Assembly: GCA_030390025.1 (NCBI GenBank)
Contig: JASTWF010000033.1
Coordinates: forward strand, 4,156,001 to 4,220,000
DNA: 64,000 bases
Source of the DNA: Squalus acanthias
Lineage: Eukaryota
Reading direction: 5' to 3'
Part shown: positions 1 to 11,491 of the stretch, piece by piece
Layout: the number at the start of each line of letters is the position of its first letter
Numbering within the stretch: position 1 is the first letter of the stretch
Position numbers and translations under genes: made by a program
Notes under the pieces: generated by a model
The model's database searches: none
Seen by the model: the letters and a program-made list of their open reading frames with translations, nothing else
What the model was told of the DNA's origin: nothing

Positions 1-178
1 GTCGCTGGGTCAAAATCCTGGAAAACCCTACCTAACAGCACTGTTGGAGTACCTTCACCACACGGACTGCAGCAGTTCAAGAAGGCGGCCCACACCACCT
101 TTTCCGGGGCAATTCGGGATAGGCCATAAATGCTGTGATTGACAGCGATGCCCACATCGCATAAAAACGAATGAAAAA
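1..178 (+). mobile_element. 3' end of a CR1/L2-superclade LINE (tail shared with the SINE at 13999-14485 and the minus-strand piece at 42161-42470)
   Basis: Tail ...gttcaagaaggcggcccacaccacc...gggcaattcgggataggccataaatgc...cagcgatgcccacatc recurs at about 14350-14485 (+) and 42161-42330 (-). Confidence 0.75.
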
Positions 179-179
179 T

Positions 180-450
180 CACTCCCAGGGCTGGTACAGA
201 ACGAGTAAGACACAGAGTAAAGTTCCCTCTACACTGTCCCATCCAGCACTCCCAGGGCAGGGACAGCGTGGGTTAGATACAGAGTAAAGCTCCCTCTACA
301 CTGTCCCATCAAACACTCCCAGAGTAGGTACAGCACGGGTTAGATACAGAGTAAAGCCCCCTCTGCACTTTCCTGTCCTGCACTCCCAGGGCAGATACAG
401 CACAGTTTAGATTCAGAGTAAAGCTCCCTCTGCACTGTCCCATCAAACAC
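180..450. repeat. About 67-bp tandem repeat, about 4 copies (cactcccagggcaggtacagcacgggttagatacagagtaaagctccctctacactgtcccatcaaa)
   Basis: Unit starts visible at about 180, 247, 314 and 381. Confidence 0.9.
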
Positions 451-702
451 GCACTGGACAGATGGAGCCTCAGACATTTGGCAGGAAGAGAGATGCAGTT
501 GGTGGACACACACAGACTGTTAAGTACCAGATGAGACTGAATCGTCTTTTACTCGCTGAGCTCTACCTTTACAGGTGCTCACTGGACCTTGGATCCGTCA
601 GTCAGAGGATCGGTTGTCCCAGATGTCGGACCTGGCGCTCAGTACAGCTCTGTCCCGGACCATTCCTCTCAGGCTGTCATCCCAGTCCTGATCCCAATCA
701 AA

Positions 703-1840
703 GGGTGCAGAGAAACTCTTCCCATTGGCAGAAAGGTCAGTCACTAGAGGTCCCAGATTTAAGATGATTGGCAAAAGAACAAGAGATGACGTGAGGATAG
801 ATTTCTTTATCATAGAATCATTGAATGGTTACAGGACTGAAGATCGGATCCGGCGAGCCCGTGCCGGCTCTCTGCAAGAGCACTTCAGCTTGACCCACTC
901 CCCTGCTCCTCCCCATAGCCCTGAAAATGTATTTCCTTCAGATAATTATCTAATACATTCCATTGAGAAACAAAAACTACACAGGAAAAGTGATACAACC
1001 GTGGGTAACTAAAGAAGTTAAGGATAGTATTAGATTGAAAGAAGAAGCTTACAATGTTGTAAAGAATAATAGTCAGCCTGAGGATTGGGAGAGTTTCAGA
1101 AACCAGCAAAGGTTGACGGAAAAATTGATAAAAAGGGAAAAAAAAATAGGAAAAACTAGCAAGAGATATAAAAGCAGATTTTAAGATTTTCTACAAGTAT
1201 GCAAAAAGGAAAAGAGTAGCAAAAGTAAACGTTGGTCCCTTAGAGACTGAGACAGGATAAATTATTATGGGGAATAAGCAAATGGCAGAATGTTAAACAA
1301 ATATTTTGTGTCTGTCTTCACAGTAGAAGAAACAAAAACCATACGAAATATTGCGGGGAAGCAAGGGGCTATTGAAGGTGTGGAACTAAGCATAATTAAT
1401 ATAAGTAGAGAAAAAGTACAAGAGAAACTAATGGGTCTAAAAGCCGACAAATTTCCAGGACGTAACGGCCGACATCATAGGGTTCTAAAGGTATTGGCTG
1501 AAGAGATAGAAGATGCATTGGTTCACTAGATTGATTCCTGGGATGAGAGGGCTGTCCTATGATGAATGCTTGTTTAGAATGGGCCTTTACTCTCTGGAGT
1601 TTAGAAGAATGAGAGGTGATCTCATTGAAACATACAAGATTCTGAAGGGGATTGACAGGGTAGATGCTGACAGGTTGTTTCCCCCTGGCTGGTGTGTCTG
1701 GAACTAGGGGGCATAGTCTCAGGATAAGGGGTAGGCCGTTTAAGACTGAGATGAGGAGGAATTTTCTCAAACACAGATTTATGAATCTTTGAGCTGGCTG
1801 TGGATGCTGAGTCTTTGAGTATATGCAAGGCTGAGATACA
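703..1840. mobile_element. Mosaic of CR1 LINE ORF2 fragments (mostly +, with a short minus-strand 3' end at about 811-965)
   Basis: Peptides QPWVTKEVKDSIRLKEEAY, MLNKYFVSVFTVE, GLYSLEFRRMRGDLIETYKIL are typical CR1 ORF2. Confidence 0.85.
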
Positions 1841-3145
1841 GGGGCCCGTGAGTGATGCCAGCACTGAGTGCAGCCAGCACAGACTTAACAACTGGGAGTT
1901 TGGTAAGTGTGGGAGTTCGGTGAAGCAGAGGAAGGAGATGCTGCATTTCCTAGCATCTCCCGCAGAGCGGCGGCGGAGCTGAGCGGGAGCAGACCGAGGC
2001 CCGAGAGCGGGGATAAAAGCAGCAGCAGACTTGCAACAACAATAGAAATATGCAGTGTGACGTCACAGTCAAGGCAGGTAAGTGATTGGTAGTGACTGTG
2101 GGCTACGTTTTAAGTTTACATATAACATATAACTAAATTTTTAAAACTAAACTTAATTTAATTAATTGAATAAATTAAACGAGGTAAATTTGATTAACAC
2201 TAAACTAATTAATTACATGAATAAAATAATGGGAGAACAGGAGATGTGCTGCTGCTGAAATATGTGGGAGGTTGTGGATATTTTTGTCAAGGGCGACTAT
2301 ATCTGCAATAGGTGTCTGCGGCCTGAGGAACTTCGGCTCCGAGTTGAGTAGCTGAATTCGGAGCTGCAGACAGTGCGAGACATCAGGGAGGGAGAAAGTT
2401 ACCTGGAACTTTTGCTCCAGGAGTCAGCCACACCGCTTAGATTAAATACTTTAGAATTGACATGTGGTTAGGGAAAGGAGGGTGTGACTGCGAGTGAGGC
2501 AGGTACGGGGATCCAGGAGGTAGTATTGCAGGAGCGTCGGTAACTGCAATTGTCCAATAGATTCGAGGATCGTGCAATCCTTGTGGATAAGTGCGGGGAC
2601 TTAGGGGAGGATGAGCAAACTGATCACGGCACCGTGGTACAGGAAGCCGTTAATGTGGGGGGAGTAAAAAGGAAGGTGGCTATAATGGGCGACAGTAGAG
2701 TTAGGGGGTTAGACACTGCTCTCTGCAGCCAGGAGCGTGAGTTCCGAAGGCTATTTTGACAGGGTAACGGACATCTCGTTAGGGCTGGAGAGAACTTGGA
2801 GTGGGAGGGGGAGGATCCAGTTGTCGTGGTCCACGTATGTACCAACGACATAGGTAGGACAATGAAAAAGGTTCTGCTGAGAGAATTTGAGCAGCTAGGG
2901 ACTAAATTAAAAAGCAGAACCACAAAGATCGTAATATCTTGATTATTACCAGAGCCACGAGCAAATTGGCACAGGGTCAATCGGTTCAGGGAGATGAATG
3001 CGTGGCTCAAAAAATGGTGTGGGAGAAGTGGGTTTCGTATCGTGGGGCACTGGCACCATTACTGGGGAAAGAGAGAGCTGTTACGTTGGGATGGACTACA
3101 TCTAAACCATGCTGGGAACAGAGTTCGAGCGAATCGAATAACTAC
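1841..3145 (+). mobile_element. CR1 LINE 5' UTR and disrupted ORF1 (zinc finger/leucine zipper plus SGNH esterase), ending at the ERV LTR
   Basis: Cys-rich start at about 2229 (C..C.MWE, YICNRC); esterase motifs IMGDSRVRG, VHVCTND, DGLHLN. Confidence 0.85.
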
Positions 3146-4305
3146 TGTTGGCTTCGCAAAACCCCCAGAAACTCGAACAGAGCCCTAAAGGGAGTGATTT
3201 TTGGACTTTTCATACAAACTTGGGATGATGGGACGTCAGTGAAGTGATTTGATGCAAAAACCTAAAGATCACAAGATTTAAACCCTGAGGAAAATGACTT
3301 TTCGAATCTTATTGTTGGGAGAGACATTTTTTTCACAGACACAAGCTGCAAGGGGCGTGGCCGGTCAGTGAACAGATCAAGCTGTCTGGGAATTGTTTGA
3401 GTCAATGCAAAACTCACAAACACATTCAAATATGGATCCCCAGGGGCAAACAAAATGCTGGAAATCTAAAAACGAATCAATGACAATATAACACCGATCA
3501 CACAGTTTCATAGCCATTATCCCATCAAAAAAAACAATCAACCAGGTATCCAGAGAACAGATTTAAAAGCCAGCCAACAGAAGGACAATAGGGTGAAGAT
3601 TTGGCGCGTAGATAAGGCCGTGTTTTTAAATCGTAAAACGATTAACACTAAGCAAAAACCATCGGAGCTGGCCAGCCCGCCAAAAACTAGACAATTGGAC
3701 GAAGCAAGGGTAATTTACATTCAAAAAGGAATTCGTTTTAGTAAGTGGTTTTTGGGCGCGAAAAAGAAACAGTATAATTTGAAAGCCTGAGCCATAATCT
3801 CTCTCTCTTTCGGACTGACTGACGACGTGAACACAGCTCTCTCCCTGCTCCAGCAAAACTTACCACAAGCCACGAAGAAGAAGGCCAGAAGACCAGCACG
3901 CAAGAAGAAACCATAAGTGCCTTCCGGAGTTCTTCTAAACAAAAGACTCTAATATCCTGTCAAGGATTCGTTAGTGAGCATTATCCCTGATCTCCTGAAA
4001 CCAACAACCTAGCCAAATAGTGGGATCTTTGGGAGGGATAAGGTTTTGTTTGATATATTGTCATTTCCCTCGCTTGTACCGTGTGTTCCCCGAATCTGTG
4101 TTTAAGTAATAAATGTGTTTCAAGTTTGTTACCTTTATTTTCTTTTAGTAAAGTAAATTTTCTTTCATCAGAACCTGTTTACTGCAATTTTGTTCACAAC
4201 CCCTAAATAAGCCCAAAGTCTAGGAACCGGAGGGGTGTTGGAGTGATTCGAACCGCTCACTGTGTCAGAAAGCGAAGGGTGACCCCACTTAAGATACTCC
4301 TTACA
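3146..4305 (+). mobile_element. 5' LTR of endogenous retrovirus (1160 bp, TG...CA)
   Basis: Starts tgttggcttcgcaaaa, ends ccttaca; collinear with 11492-12746; TATA-like agtataa at about 3771, aataaa at 4108. Confidence 0.9.
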
Positions 4306-4307
4306 TA

Positions 4308-7300
4308 ATGGCATGGGAGCAAGAAGGGAAGGGGATCCTGGGGGCCGACTTTATCACAGGCCACAGGATTTGAGTGGATTTAAGGAACCACTGTCTATGG
4401 GGAGCATGTACCCAAAAGGGTAGTGAGATAGCATTCATCCCGGAGGCACAAGGCAAGGGGACCTTGTGCACAGTAATACCAAAGGAGGGTAACGACCTCG
4501 AACTCATGGTCAGTAACACTCCAATGGACTACGAGGCATTTGTGCAGGGAAACCTCGCAGCATTTGCCATTCACAAGCACGACTGTGGGAGGGTAACCGG
4601 GACCGAGGTTAGTGTGAGTGGGGACCCCATGAACCGCCCACAAAAGCAGTATAACTTCCCCAGGGAAGCTGAGACAGACTTGGAAACGGCTTTGACTTCT
4701 TTAGTCAAGCAGGGGGTATTGAGACCTATAGTTACCGACGTGAACCCCCCACTGTGGCCGGTTAGAAAACAAGACAACTCATGGTGGGCCACAGTAGACT
4801 ATCGAGTACACAACCGAAACATCCCCGCCTGTGCCCCCACGGTTGCAGCCGTAGCCGACCTCATTGGAAGTATCCCAGCATCTGCGAACACCTTTACAGT
4901 GCTGGATATTTCCAACGGGTTCTGGTCCATCCCTCTAAGGAGAGAGGATCAGAACAAGTTCGCCTTTACATTTAAAGGCCGACAGTACACATGGCACTGT
5001 CTGCCCCAGGGTTTCCACAACAGCCCAAGCATTTTTCACCAATGTATGGCGAATTGCTTGAAGGGCTTCAGCAGGCCCCATCAGCTGGTCCAGTATGTGG
5101 ACGACCTACTCCTCTTTACCGATGAGGGAGAGGGACATCGACCCCTTCTGGCAGAACTGCTGGATCTGCTCAGGCAAGAGGGCTTTAAAGTAAACCCCAA
5201 GAAGGCACAGATTGGCCAGCGGGAAGTCAAATTCCTGGGCCTGGCTGTGCGAGCAGGGGAGAGGGCCATTGACAAAGCTAGAAGGGAAGCAGTTCAGGAG
5301 TTACCAGCCCCCAACACAGTTACAGGAGTAAGGTCTTTTCTAGGGCTAACTGGGTACTGCAGAGATTTCATGGAGGATTACGCAGCCACAGCAGCCCCTC
5401 TGCTCCGACTCCTACACAAGGGAGTGGAGTTGGTTTGAGATGAGAGTTGCGAGGCTGCCTTTATGAAACTCAAGAGAGATCTGCAGACCGCTCCGGCTCT
5501 AGGGGCCATTGATGGAGGGGAAGAGTTTTTCCTGGAGGTAGCAGCCAGTGGGGACAGTCTGAGTGCAGTGCTGCTCCAAGAGAGGCATGGGAAGCTGTGA
5601 CCTGTGGTTTACTCCTGCGGAATACTCACTGATGTGGAGAGGAGCTACTCCAACTGTGAGAGGCACCTCCTATCACTAACTGGGCTGTGAAAAGATCATT
5701 GATCTTCACAGGCACCTCTCCCATCACACTCCTCACTCACCACACGCCCACCCAGATGCTCTTGGATGGAGGATTAAAGATGGGACAGTGAGCAATGCCC
5801 GCAATGCTCGCTGGACCCTGCTTCTCTCACAAATGGATCTGAGGGTAAAAGGTCTCTGCGAGCCAAAGCTCGCAGCCAACATGATTTAGTCAGGGACAGC
5901 CCACTGGTGTTCCGTTGAAGGGGTATGGGAAGTCAACATAGGTTTGCGAGCTGGGATACACCCCGCAGGCCGCGAAATCTATGTGGACGGTTCAAGCACT
6001 GTATCAGCTGGAAAACGACTCTCTGGGTGTGGGATTTATGACCCAGAGGTAGGCATTGCTCTGGCAATCAAGCTCCCCAGCACCATGAGTGCCCAGCAGG
6101 CTGAACTGTCTGCGGTGGTGTATTTAGTCACACAGCCCGAGGAATTCCCTACCCCATACACGATTTGCTCGGACAGCATGTTCACATGCAATTCGTGTAC
6201 AGAGTACCTGGCCATCTGGTCCCGTCATGGATACACCTCCGCTGATGGGAGACCCCTGGCCATCAAGTCTCTGTTGGAGAAAATCATGCGGGCAATAGGG
6301 GAGGAAGGTAGGGTCTACATCCTAAAGGTGAAGGCCCATTCCAAGGTAGAGCCCCGCGCAGAGGGTAATCACCAAGCCGACATGCTGGCCAAAGAGGTAG
6401 CCAGTACAGGCACGTTATGGGATCCATATGGATCAAACCGGGTAGCAGCAATCAGAGGCAGAGGAGCGACCCAAGGGAGTGAAGGGGTAGCATTGACCCC
6501 GGACCTAAAGTCGGTCCAGGCACAGGATCCCATCCTAAAAAAACTGTCCTGGAAAAGCTATCAGAGGGGAGAAGGTAGAGGGCCCATACGGCGCAGCAGC
6601 CATCACCCACAAAAAAGGCATGCTGTTCAGGGGGGAACAATGGGTAGTGCCGCAGCAGCACCGAAGGGAATTCCTCCAACTGGCCCATGCGGGACCAGGA
6701 GCGGGGTATCCCGGGCCTGAGACCACCTGGCAGCGGGTGGAACAGGCAGGATGGTGGCCAGGACTGAGGGAGGATGTCCGCGAGTTATGTGCAGGCTGTC
6801 TGGTGTGTGCTGCTAACAACCCTGACCCCCAGAACAGGAAGGTATCTATGGGACACATCAGGAGGGTAGAGGGGCCATGGCAGTCGATCCAGGTCGACTA
6901 CATCGGGCCCGTACCCACCGCTCATGGAGGCTGCAAATACTGTCTAGTCCTGGTGGATGTGTTCTCAAAGTGGGTGGAAGCTTTTCCATGTCGAACAGCT
7001 ACCGCTTTGCATAGAGCCAGGATCCTGGTCAGGGAAGTGTTCTCACGATGGGGGCTCCCACAGTATGTGGAGTCAGACCAGAGGAGTCAATTTACTGGGC
7101 AGGTCATGCAAGAGACCCTCAGGGTACTCGGCATAGAAGGGAAATGGCACGTCGCCCACAACCCACAGTCATCAGGGATTGTGGAGCAATTAATCCGTAC
7201 CATCAAAGAAAGGCTGCGAAAGGAGATGGGAGACTCACCCAAAAAGTGGGTAGAAGCCTTACCGTTGGTCCTATTGGGGATCCGGGCCAGCGAGTCAAAA

Positions 7301-8668
7301 AGCACGGGGTATTCCCCACACCAGCTCATGACTGGCAGGATTATGCGGACCCCCACCCATGTGCTAGCCCCGGTGCTCACGGAAGGGCAGCTCAGGGAGG
7401 TGAACCGGGAAAGATTCGTCAGGAATCTGTTGGACCACCTTAAACAGGTCATAGAAACATAGATAGAAACATAGAATCTAGGAGCAGGAGTAGGCCATTC
7501 GGCCCGTCGAGCCTGCTCCACCATTCAATACGATCATTGCTGATCATCCAAATCCAGTACCCTGTCCCTGCTTTAATCCCCACAGTACACATATCCCACC
7601 CTACCCCCGTAACCCCACGTACTTAATTCCCCCTAACATATCCCATCCTATCCCCATAACCCCACATATTTAATACCCCCTAACACTAAGGGTCAATTTA
7701 TCATAGCCAAATCAACCTAACCCACACATTTTTGGACTGTGGGAGGAAACCGGAGCACCCGGAGGAAACCCACGCAGACACGGGGAGAATGTGCAAACTC
7801 CACACAGACAGTCACCCACTGGCAGGCTGCGAGTAACATGGGAAAACAGCATCGGGGTAAACGATTGCGGCTGGAACCCCGCAAGCACCACGAGTGGGAG
7901 GTTGGAAATCAGGTCACGGTGAGAAATTTTGCCCGGATAGGGAGTTTCGAATCATTGTACATGGGGCCCTACAACATTGTAGACAAGGCAAGCCCCATGG
8001 TCGATGCCATAAAGATGCCTCGCCGTACAAAGTGATTTCACCTCAACCAATGCAAACTGGTTAAACCTAAAAGGCAACAGCCGGCAAAGGTGGACTGCCC
8101 CCAAGTTAGAAATCCTCAGCCTGCCGCAGCTGTGGCAGACGCACAAGCTGCAGCGGGAGGGACAGTGTGTTGTCTCACAGGAGATGTCACTCCACCGATT
8201 ATGTGGGACTCAAGCACACCCCCCGTGGCCAGAGCCCTAAGAAGGTCTCCCCGCACACGACAGCAAAGGCTACTGTGGCCACAGGTGTATCTGTTCAGAG
8301 GGTCCCACACAAAGAGGGTTGCAACCCGAAGAAGAGCGCCCAAGAGCAGGGAGCGTTCTAAAGTTGGGGATTCCCAGCCTACAGCCTCCAACAGTGAGGG
8401 TTTCACAGTAGAGGTAGTACTGGGAGAAGAGAGAGAGAAGGGTCCCCCGCCCGCAGCCTCAGGCTGGGAGGAGCCCACAGATATGAACGAGGGCGCTGCA
8501 GCCACACAAAAGGGGGTAGTGTGCTGCAGCACAGGACGCAGCTGGGATGTTAAGATACCCACAGCGGTTTTGAGGAAGGCCTTCTGGGTCCGGCGGTACA
8601 GGGCGCACTACACCCAGGTGTACAAGCCATCCAGAGGCCACATAAGGCAGAGACTAAATAGGATTTAA
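4308..8668 (+). pseudogene. pol: Retroviral pol: protease C-terminal half, RT, tether, RNase H, integrase and a C-terminal extension; disrupted by stops, frameshifts and a SINE
   Basis: ILGADF (protease); RPQKQY, LDISNGFW, LPQGFHNSP, YVDD (RT); IYVDGS, SAQQAEL, SDS, KVKAH, GNHQAD (RNase H); CLVC, VDYIG, SDQ, GIVE, YMGPY (integrase). Confidence 0.92.
7451..7816 (-). mobile_element. 5'-truncated V-SINE (HE1-like) with CR1-derived tail, inserted in integrase
   Basis: V-domain-like ggactgtgggaggaaaccggagcacccggaggaaacccacgcagacacggggagaatgtgcaaactccacacagac plus CR1-type tail (atagaaac)n; removing it restores ...LKQV|HWQAA... Confidence 0.8.
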
Positions 8669-8869
8669 CCTGGCCGTCCGGAGACGGGCGGCAAATGTAC
8701 AGAATTTTCGGTTTTAAGTAATTGACTTTTGGTGGTTATGGTTATCATTAGTTTAGTTGTTTGTAGAGATTTTTTTTAAGTTTAAGGGCTTGATTAATCA
8801 TCCAGCCAAAGAACCTTTCTGGGACATGGATATATGTTTTGTGTGTGCCCCTACAGAAAGGACTTCGGA

Positions 8870-11209
8870 ATGACAAGGTTTCTGCTCCTGCTCGCCCTGG
8901 TAGGGGTGAGCATCGGTGACCGAGGTGACGTGGAGGACTCCCACATTTTTGGGTGTTCAGGAGTGAGAGCACCAGTCGTCACCGCAGGGGGTGGCGAGCG
9001 GGGAGTGGAGGAGCTCACCATCTATTTCCACGAGGGAAGGTGGCCAGGGTGGCTGGGGTCCAACTCTACTAAATACTCAATCCAGCCCGGGTTCACGTAC
9101 GGGGAGGCCTCCCTTCCACGCCCCAGAATACAGGTCGTTGCCACAAGGGTCAGTGTCACCGAGGGGAAGCTTGTGTGCCTTACCTGTGAGGGACGAATTC
9201 CCCTGAATAGGTGGTGGTGGCTCAAGGAAGCTGAGCAGGGACGCAGGGGTCCATACAGCCGACTGGGAAAGATTAGGGAACGACACCCATCGGACAATCA
9301 CTGGGACCCAAGGAGGAGTTAGTGTTTGTTGGGATAAGTGGTGGGAGTCGGAACAGGGAGTCTATGTTTGTATGTGGGGATCAGAGGAAACCTGCCCCAC
9401 AGGGGTATCCATCATCTTCTCCAGCCAATGGCAAGATGCTGGGGAGGGGATAGGGTGGGATTCTAGCCTGCATGGGTGCGTGGTCCCACACATTCCGGTC
9501 CCAGTTAATGCCACTGAACTCGTGGCACACACCCGAAAGCCCTTACCCACGACCCAGGTACCGAAAACCCTGGAAGAAAAGTGCCCTACCACCACCAAGG
9601 GACCAGGGAATGGGTTAGTCCTAGTACCAACCGAAAAGGTACTATACCAGGGGGTACACTATGCATTAGCTTCAGTAATATTAAACCTTACCGAGTTATA
9701 CTTACCTGAGTGGTTTCCTAAGGAGACGGAGCAGCTGTAACAGGCCCTGCTAAAGGAAATGTTTAGAAAATGTTACGAATTTGATTTTGCTAATATAGAA
9801 AAAGTTGAGCTATACAGAATACACCCTGAAAACCCTATTGGCACGGGTAGACAAAGAAGGGGAGCCTGGAATGATGTCTTCACTGCCTATAGTACAGGGT
9901 CCTCTGTAATAAATAGCCTGGATGACATGGAATTACAGACACAGATAAATGGTTTAAAAACCCAGTTAAGAAAGATCCTGAAGGATGGGAACACAGTAGT
10001 AGGCTCAGAGCTACATGAGGACCAAGTTATGACGGTTCATTTAAAGGAAATTATTGCGGAATTGGAAAGGCATGCCAAAACAGTAAATGCACTCATACGG
10101 GAGGATAGGATTGCATCGGATCAGGCTGCACAGAATGAGGTGTGTGTGCTGTACGGGGCATGGTTGCTGGGCGAGGGCCATAGCAACCTGGAGGATTTAA
10201 AGCAAGGTTTAGTCCCCTCCTGGATCAGCAACAAGCACCTCGCAGCCCTCCACCCGTTTAGTAATTCGCTGAGCCCATGCCAATTTCGTCTAGCCTCTGA
10301 AGCCTACCCTGTCCCAATAGATTGTGGGCGTTCAAATCACACTATCATGGGGATAGTAGTGAGGATGACGGTCATGAGTGGGACAGCCCGACCCGTACCG
10401 GTATACAGGGTGGAGAACATTGGAGTCAATCAACGGGGTGCACACATCCGTTTTAACGCGGTCCCACCTTATGTCATAAAGTGGGAGCACGCCATGACGG
10501 GTGCCGGAGCCGGGGTTCACACATAATACTGTGTCCCCAGCACTTGGAAGCCTATTGTAAACCACAGTGCGGGTTTAAAGCTGCTGGCGCACGACCTATC
10601 AACTGTACCATGGAGGTGATGGCACAAGGCCATGTTTTCTCACAGGTAGCATATATAGGGGGTGGGACATATTGTGTCACCACAGGTGCGTCCCACTACC
10701 AGCATGGACACTTTTGGTGTCCGGTAAGTGAGAGCAGTTTCTGCTTTAAACCCGAGGCAGAAGTTCAAGTGGCCCAGGAACGGATTGTCCCCATTCCTGA
10801 AACCTCCACTGTTCATCTCACTGTAACAGAAAACATTTCCAACCTGCAAAAGTATGTGACTTACTTTGGATATAAAATTCCCCCTCTACCCGAACATCTT
10901 ACCATCCTACTTAAAGCTGTAGAGATTTCACAAAAACATTTCTACACCCTGGAACAGAAAACAGTTGAAATAGGGGCAGAGATTTTGGATATAGTAGTTC
11001 CACCCTGGTGGGATATTTTCGAGAATATAGAGGTGCCTTCCTGGATCAGGATGGCTTCCCATCTTTTGGTGGTCTGCCAACTCGGGATAGTTATCTACCT
11101 GCTGTGTACAAAGTGCAGGGGAAGGGACGGGGAGCTCCGCTCCAGACACGAAGGGACTTGGGAAGTGCTTCAAAATAAAGGCTATGGTCAGGGATGGAAC
11201 GAAACTTGA
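8870..11209 (+). pseudogene. env: env: class I fusion glycoprotein with F-like architecture; one stop and two frameshifts
   Basis: Splice acceptor ending at 8856; signal peptide MTRFLLLLALVGVSIG; furin site RQRR at 9849-9860; heptad region; Cys-rich domain; C-terminal transmembrane ASHLLVVCQLGIVIYLLC. Confidence 0.85.
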
Positions 11210-11480
11210 ATTTTGTCTTTTAATTAAAAAAATTGTATGTGTGGTGTGTCATTTTTATGATGTGTATGATGTGTTTTTCCAAGCTGTGCAGGGGTGTCGG
11301 ACACTCTCCGTGCTTGGATGTGAAATAAAGATTGATTCTTACCTGTATGTACCTGAAACACCAGTTTTAAAAGGGGAATGTATGTTTGGGTTTTTAGTTT
11401 AGGTAATACAGGGGAAGGTTGGTTTTCGGGGATCGGAAATTTTGCTCACCTGTTAATGATACTAATTCAGTTTTCGTATC

Positions 11481-11491
11481 AAAGTGGGGGA
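11481..11491 (+). promoter_or_regulatory. Polypurine tract before the 3' LTR
   Basis: aaagtggggga immediately precedes the TG of the 3' LTR. Confidence 0.8.

Noticed and set aside
3141..3145. Target-site duplication of the ERV
   Set aside because: Left flank actac does not match right flank aaact
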